Source: Bacillota bacterium
GTDB lineage: Bacteria > Bacillota > Sulfobacillia > Fermentithermobacillales > Fermentithermobacillaceae
Assembly (NCBI GenBank): GCA_040766225.1
Contig: JAXGQX010000005.1
Coordinates: 18,793-82,792 of the forward strand
Length of the DNA stretch: 64,000 bases
Direction: 5' to 3'
The notes under the pieces were generated by a model. That model had not been told where the DNA came from. It searched no databases and saw nothing but the letters and a program-made list of their open reading frames with translations. Below, in pieces: positions 59,169-64,000 of this stretch. The position numbers and the translations under genes are program-made. Every line of letters starts with the position of its first letter. Positions within the stretch are counted from its first letter, which is position 1.

Positions 59169-61277
59169 CTACTGGCCCAGCCGGACCCTCAACCCGCGGG
59201 CGATCAATGAGAGCTCATGCGGAGCATCCACCCAAACTACGGCGGTACCCTGCGGTTTTCGTCCGGCCGCGACACGGCGGACCGCCCCTCTCCCAACAGC
59301 CAGACCTTCCCGATCGAGAAGCGAGACCTCTTGGCCCGCCTCCGGCAACGGACTAAACTCGTAGGGCATTGCGATGCGGCACTTGTCGTCCCCAATGCTC
59401 TCATCGATCACGAAAATGGCCAGGCCGGGACACGCCGCCACGCAGAGGCCGCAGCCGGTGCACTTGTCCCAATCGACCGCCGGCAGGTCGTTGATATCCT
59501 CAAACTCTTTGAAAGCCCCGAAGCGGCAGCTGTAGGCGCACGGATCGCAGGGGATGCGCTGGAAGCATTCAACCATAGCGCAGGGGCCTTTCCTCCTACG
59601 TTCCCCGGGAGGGGTTACCGCTGCCAGCTGGGGCCCTGATGGAATGCCCGCTGAAAGCAATAGGTCCGGCGTCGGCCTATCTGGCCTCGGAGCGCTAGGA
59701 CTTGCGGCTGCGGCAGTCTGCTCGGCCACGACACGACTCTGCTCCGCCGACGCATCACGCTGCCCGGCCGATGTAGCACACTGACACTCTGACGCAGCTC
59801 TCTGCCCAGCACACGCGGCGCGGACCTGAAGTAACCCTTTCACCACTTTCTCACTGGCCGGCCCTGAACGAAGAGCGCTCAGTTCAGCCTGTATGGCGTT
59901 CTTTCTTGCCACCAGCTCACCCTCACTGACAGCGCCCAGACTTGCTGCCGCGGAAAGCCCCGCCAACCTGCCCCCGGCCATCGCGGTGGAAGCTTCCTCG
60001 ATCCCGGCGGCATCGCCGGCAGCATAAACGCCCTCCACTGTGGTCTCCATATCCTCATCATGGACGGGAACGAAGCCCCCGAGTTCAGGGACGTAGACCA
60101 TCTTGACACCGGACTGCCACAGCAATTCGGAAAGAGGGCTCAGTCCTGTAGCGAGGCACACCGTGTCGACATCCATGTCGACTTCGCTTCCCGAAACCCC
60201 ATTCCAGCTAGAGTCCAACCGCCAAACGGTCGCTCCCTGGACCTGCCGTGAGCCGTAAACCCGCTTTATGCTGTGTCGCGTCAGTATCGGAATCCCCAGC
60301 CTGCGCACTTTGGATGCGTGGACGGCATAGCCCCCGATACTCGGGAGGGCTTCTACGATGGCTTTTACCTGCACCCCAGCTTGCGCCAGTTGGTAACTCA
60401 CGATGAGTCCGATGTTTCCCGACCCGACCATCAGCACCGATCGACCGGGCCTGATTCCGTCAACGTTCATCAACGTTTGGACAGCTCCAGCTCCATAAAC
60501 TCCTGGCAGGTCGTTGCCCGGGAAAAGCAGCGTCTTCTCCGCCGCGCCGGTTGCCACGATGAGCTTGTCACACTTCAGATGGCTTACCCCGTCCGGACCA
60601 TCCAGTAGGAGGACGGCGTCTCCGTAGTACCCGATGACCTCGGTGGAAGGCACGAACGTAATGTTGGGACACTCGGATACCTCCCGCCCCAGCTTTTCGG
60701 CTATGAGGAAGCCGCGAGTGCCCGCGGAAACTGTGTGCCAGCCGAAGAACTTGTGTGTCTGCTTGACAAGCTGGCCTCCGACCCGGTCTGCCCTATCGAT
60801 GAGCGTCACCTTGACGCCGCAGGATGCAGCCTCCAATGCGGCGCATACTCCTGCGGGGCCTGCGCCTACAATCGCGAGGGGAGTCGTCTTTATGGCTGGA
60901 GATCCTTTGACACTATTAGTGCTCGCGCGCCTCCCGACATCTCCGGGCACTCTCGGAGCTCTAGGTGCGAGGGCGGGACCGGCACCTGCCTGGCGCTCTA
61001 CGCGCATCCCGGCCCTTAGCTTCTCTGTGCAAGCCCGCACGTTCGGCACCCCGTCGACCACCACCAAACAGGATGAACAATTGCCGATGGCGCAAAAGAA
61101 CCCCCTGGGACGACCCGTTTTGAGGCTTGTATGAAGCTCCTTGACTCCGGAGGCCAGCAAGGCCGCGGCGATGGGTTCGCCCTCGTAGCCCCACATTTCT
61201 TGACCGTTCCAGAGGAAACTGACTTTGTTCTTGGGGAGGAAATCAAGTATCGGATGTTCCGTAATCCGCAGATCCAT
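59169..61277 (-). CDS. Fused [2Fe-2S] / NAD(P)-FAD oxidoreductase / 4Fe-4S ferredoxin subunit (sarcosine oxidase alpha / proline dehydrogenase-like)
   Basis: FCAIGNCSSC..C, IVGAGPAG, ATGA, VGSGNIG, AAGDA, CFQRIPCDPCAYSC and CTGCGLCVAACP; ATG 61277 after GGAGGT. Confidence 0.9.
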   Translation of the reverse strand: MDLRITEHPILDFLPKNKVSFLWNGQEMWGYEGEPIAAALLASGVKELHTSLKTGRPRGFFCAIGNCSSCLVVVDGVPNVRACTEKLRAGMRVERQAGAGPALAPRAPRVPGDVGRRASTNSVKGSPAIKTTPLAIVGAGPAGVCAALEAASCGVKVTLIDRADRVGGQLVKQTHKFFGWHTVSAGTRGFLIAEKLGREVSECPNITFVPSTEVIGYYGDAVLLLDGPDGVSHLKCDKLIVATGAAEKTLLFPGNDLPGVYGAGAVQTLMNVDGIRPGRSVLMVGSGNIGLIVSYQLAQAGVQVKAIVEALPSIGGYAVHASKVRRLGIPILTRHSIKRVYGSRQVQGATVWRLDSSWNGVSGSEVDMDVDTVCLATGLSPLSELLWQSGVKMVYVPELGGFVPVHDEDMETTVEGVYAAGDAAGIEEASTAMAGGRLAGLSAAASLGAVSEGELVARKNAIQAELSALRSGPASEKVVKGLLQVRAACAGQRAASECQCATSAGQRDASAEQSRVVAEQTAAAASPSAPRPDRPTPDLLLSAGIPSGPQLAAVTPPGERRRKGPCAMVECFQRIPCDPCAYSCRFGAFKEFEDINDLPAVDWDKCTGCGLCVAACPGLAIFVIDESIGDDKCRIAMPYEFSPLPEAGQEVSLLDREGLAVGRGAVRRVAAGRKPQGTAVVWVDAPHELSLIARGLRVRLGQ

Positions 61278-61341
61278 TTGAGAACCTCCACACGTGTGTG
61301 TCGTCAAACTGCGCGCCCTCGTGAGCTGCAGAGAAACGGCA

Positions 61342-62122
61342 TCAGGGCCAGAGAGCTGTCTCCGGGTCCATAAGCGTCATAAGCCTGTTCGCCACCTTAA
61401 GGTCAGCCGGCGCCAAGTTGACGGTAGAGAATTCGTCAGGTCTCACCCATTTCGCGTCCGAGTGGTCTCGGAGGTTCATCTGCCCGTCAACCTTGCAGAC
61501 GAAGACGCATTCTGAGGAAGAACGAGCCGTAATCGTGGTCGACCATCACAAAAGGCCTGGTTTGCACTACGTCTAGGGAAGCTCTTCTTTGATTTCTCGG
61601 GCGATACACTTTTCGAGGGTCTCCTGACCGTCGCGCACCTTGCCTCCGGGGAACTCCCACATACCCCTGTGTTCGCCGTGAGCACGTTCGGTCACGAGGA
61701 CTCGTCCATCTCCGTCCGAGATTACAGCTGCAGTGACTACCTTGAGATCCCCCTTAGCGAGGGCCCATCCACATCTTCCACGGTCTTTCGAAGACGAGCA
61801 TCGAATCCGCGGCCTCCAAGGGGAGTGATGAGCCTTCCGTGACAGGTCGGACACAGCGCAGCTACAGGGCCGCACTCACTCAGGTCATTGGGGTCGATCT
61901 CGCCGAAGTGCCCGGCCTCCTCGTGAACCGCGCTAGAGAAGACGCAGTGAGCTCCAAGTAAGGAGCGCCGTCGTCCCAAAGGAAGGGAGCAGGGCTTGCC
62001 GCACCCTCGCAGAATCCCCGGGCGCGGGAAAGCACGTGATTGACTACCGCAATGCTAAGGCGTGACTCGGTTTCATCCATGACGTCGAACGGTACGCTTC
62101 TGTAGGACATCGGGGTTCTCAA
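61342..62122 (-). CDS. Putative HNH(McrA-like)-NUDIX(MutT-like) fusion, reconstructed across about five indels
   Basis: TTG 62122 after GGAGGAGG; HVLSRARGFCEG(C)..PAPFLWDDGAPYLE...VAALCPTCH, then KVVTAAVI...WEFPGGKVRDGQETLEKCIAREIKEEL...DHDY...DHSDAKWV...LAPADL to TGA 61342. Confidence 0.7.
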
Positions 62123-62169
62123 GGGATTACCTCCTCCGGTATGTACCACATAACCAGTTTACACTTAAG

Positions 62170-62427
62170 TTACCGGACACTCCTAGACATCGGAGGCAAA
62201 CCACTCCATTTTCCACTCGCCGTCTCGTCTAACCAGACCGATGTGACGAACTCCGACGGGCCTTGTTTAGATTCGCCGCCTATCTCGTAGCCGATGGTCA
62301 CCTCATCGTCATTTTCCCGGTATATAAAGCGCACTTTGCGGATCTTCCTATCACAGTTGGCGCCGATGGGCGCCTCAATCCTCTCCCCCGCGTAGTAGTA
62401 CGCGATGGCTTCGGCGGTTACCTCCAT
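62170..62427 (-). CDS. Hypothetical protein or gene fragment
   Basis: 85-aa ORF co-oriented between the type ISP gene and the HNH-NUDIX gene; the frame stays open about 18 codons further upstream. Confidence 0.4.
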   Translation of the reverse strand: MEVTAEAIAYYYAGERIEAPIGANCDRKIRKVRFIYRENDDEVTIGYEIGGESKQGPSEFVTSVWLDETASGKWSGLPPMSRSVR

Positions 62428-62736
62428 ATCGCGCGTGTTCTTCTCAAGGAAGGTCGAATCGCCGGCGTCCTGAGTCTCTACTCAAGTCCTACGGATTGAC
62501 GACCGTGGCGGTTCCCGTTCTGTCAGGTGACGTCAACGATAGGGGAAACCGTGGGAGACCTATCCGCTCCGAACCGAATACGCACGGTACATGGATGTAA
62601 GCGGAAAGAACCTAGCCATCCTCTCATAGTCGTCACATGCTTTTCAGCACGTTTGGGGACTCATCACTCCATCGTGACCCTAAGCCACACCGTACAGGAC
62701 CGTGATTCGATGGAAGGTCCAGTTTGCCCAGAGTCC

Positions 62737-64000
62737 TCACAGCCCAGACCACTTCGACTTACATTCCCTGTAGTTCCGATCAAGAGTCGGTCCGAGCAGT
62801 ACGATCTGGGCAAGTCTACGAACCATGCCAGCAACTTGCCGAACCTCAGCGAGAGTTAGAGACTCCCCGGTGATGGCAGCCTCGCGGTAGCTCAACCAGA
62901 CCCGAATAACTTGGTACCCACCCAGTACATACGACCAGACTCGCGAGGGGACGTTTCGCCAGCACACTTTGTCGTTCAGGAAGACGTCACATGTCGTCTT
63001 CCCGAGTAGGCTCAGACCTTCGTCCAGGGACATACCTCGGGCCCTCAAACCATCTTGGAGGCTTGACAATTCGACGGGCTCATAATCTCTCTCAACGAAC
63101 CGTCCCTTTCCGGCGCTAACAGTGCCGTTCCGTAGAACTCCCCATCCGACGTTAACAAGAAGATCATCCGCATCCGGGTTAATTGATTGTCCATCTAATC
63201 GGACCACCACAGCCATTGCTGCAAACTCGTCCAGCAGTCGTCCTGCAGTGACTCCGACGATAGAGCTGTCCGTGTCGAGAAGACCCGCTATCTCCCTCCC
63301 AAGCTGTGCAGACTTCCGGAGCACTTGCGGTGAGGGAGGTAGAGGTATCCGCGGCCAATCCAGCCTCAGGAGCGCAGTGTTCTCTTTCAAATAGGCCGGC
63401 GAGAAGCCTATTGCCAAGACATGCAAGGGGAGGACTTCTGCCGCATTTATTTTGCCTAACTCTGATAAACCGATTCGACGAAGGTAGGTCTTGGAGTAGG
63501 CCGACAGATTGTCCGTTCTCGAGATAGCCGCTCCGGGCGGGTCGGGAACAGCAACTTTCTGCCTTGGCGTCTGGGGGGCGGTGGTATCATTCGTTAGCAT
63601 TACTGGGAAGTACGATGCGTCAGTCCGAAGGGCGTGTTCCGATCCGAGTGCTGCCGTGAAATAGAACGGGACCCCTTCGGGGTCAGCAGTTGCCGTACGC
63701 CGGGTCACCAGTGCATAGTTTCCGGGCCAGGTCTCCTTAGCGAAGGTGGGTCGCGGCTCGTTCCATAAAGAACGCACCGTAGAGTAAAAACACCACCGAA
63801 GGTCCATCGGTCGTACTAGGTATCGACGAACCTCGCCGCGTTCATGCGGATCTGTCTCGAGCAGTTTCTTTCTGGTTGCCTGGGGATCAAATCTGGATGC
63901 GGGTATTCCTAGGCCTGGGATGTCGGCTTTGAACGCGTCAAAGGTTACCGTTCTGTCGAAATACCGTTGCATTCGCTGTTCCAGTCTCCGGCGTTCTGTG
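62737..64000 (-). CDS. Type ISP/IIG restriction-modification enzyme, C-terminal specificity domain (5' end outside the window)
   Basis: YLVRPMDLRWCFY..NEPRP, AIGFSPAYLKEN..LRLDWPRIPLP, NVPSRVWSYVLGGYQVIRVWLSYRE, characteristic of the type ISP C-terminal domain. Confidence 0.85.
   Translation of the reverse strand, partial: TERRRLEQRMQRYFDRTVTFDAFKADIPGLGIPASRFDPQATRKKLLETDPHERGEVRRYLVRPMDLRWCFYSTVRSLWNEPRPTFAKETWPGNYALVTRRTATADPEGVPFYFTAALGSEHALRTDASYFPVMLTNDTTAPQTPRQKVAVPDPPGAAISRTDNLSAYSKTYLRRIGLSELGKINAAEVLPLHVLAIGFSPAYLKENTALLRLDWPRIPLPPSPQVLRKSAQLGREIAGLLDTDSSIVGVTAGRLLDEFAAMAVVVRLDGQSINPDADDLLVNVGWGVLRNGTVSAGKGRFVERDYEPVELSSLQDGLRARGMSLDEGLSLLGKTTCDVFLNDKVCWRNVPSRVWSYVLGGYQVIRVWLSYREAAITGESLTLAEVRQVAGMVRRLAQIVLLGPTLDRNYRECKSKWSGL

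Noticed and set aside
62478-62490. In-frame TGA as possible selenocysteine readthrough upstream of ORF 62170-62427
   Set aside because: No Cys-like context or evident SECIS hairpin, and the region is error-prone.

Overview
Chromosomal window from a moderately GC-rich Bacillota (Firmicutes)-type bacterium, inferred from AddAB, RNase J, a T-box, a Spo0E-like gene and the rimP-nusA-infB-rbfA-truB-ribF-rpsO-pnp order. 1-14 kb is an accessory stretch: a partial type II pantothenate kinase, three vapBC-type TA pairs (one with a fused double antitoxin, one with an apparent ATA start), an ECF sigma/anti-sigma/lipoprotein/DUF5050 operon, a phage holin remnant, a Phd/HicB-hybrid plus HicA pair, a BlaI/BlaR1-like system with a non-penicillin-binding sensor and twin operators, and a truncated AbrB-Doc pair. 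15-53 kb is mostly housekeeping: azlCD, addAB, nucleoside phosphorylase, deoB, rnj, nfo, pnp, rpsO, ribF, truB, nrnA, rbfA, infB, ylxR, nusA, rimP, thrCB, hppA, and serS with its T-box. 53-64 kb holds an M28 peptidase, a GT2-TPR glycosyltransferase, a DUF4145/HEPN gene, a fused proline/sarcosine-dehydrogenase-like operon, a reconstructed HNH-NUDIX fusion, and the 3' end of a type ISP restriction-modification gene. Two non-coding palindromic tandem arrays are present (about 94 bp x3 and 31 bp x5.6). No CRISPR array, rRNA or tRNA was seen. Many essential genes are broken by single indels, most likely long-read consensus errors, so every split-gene and fusion call needs read-level confirmation. 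All family assignments come from recognising motifs by eye, not from database searches.
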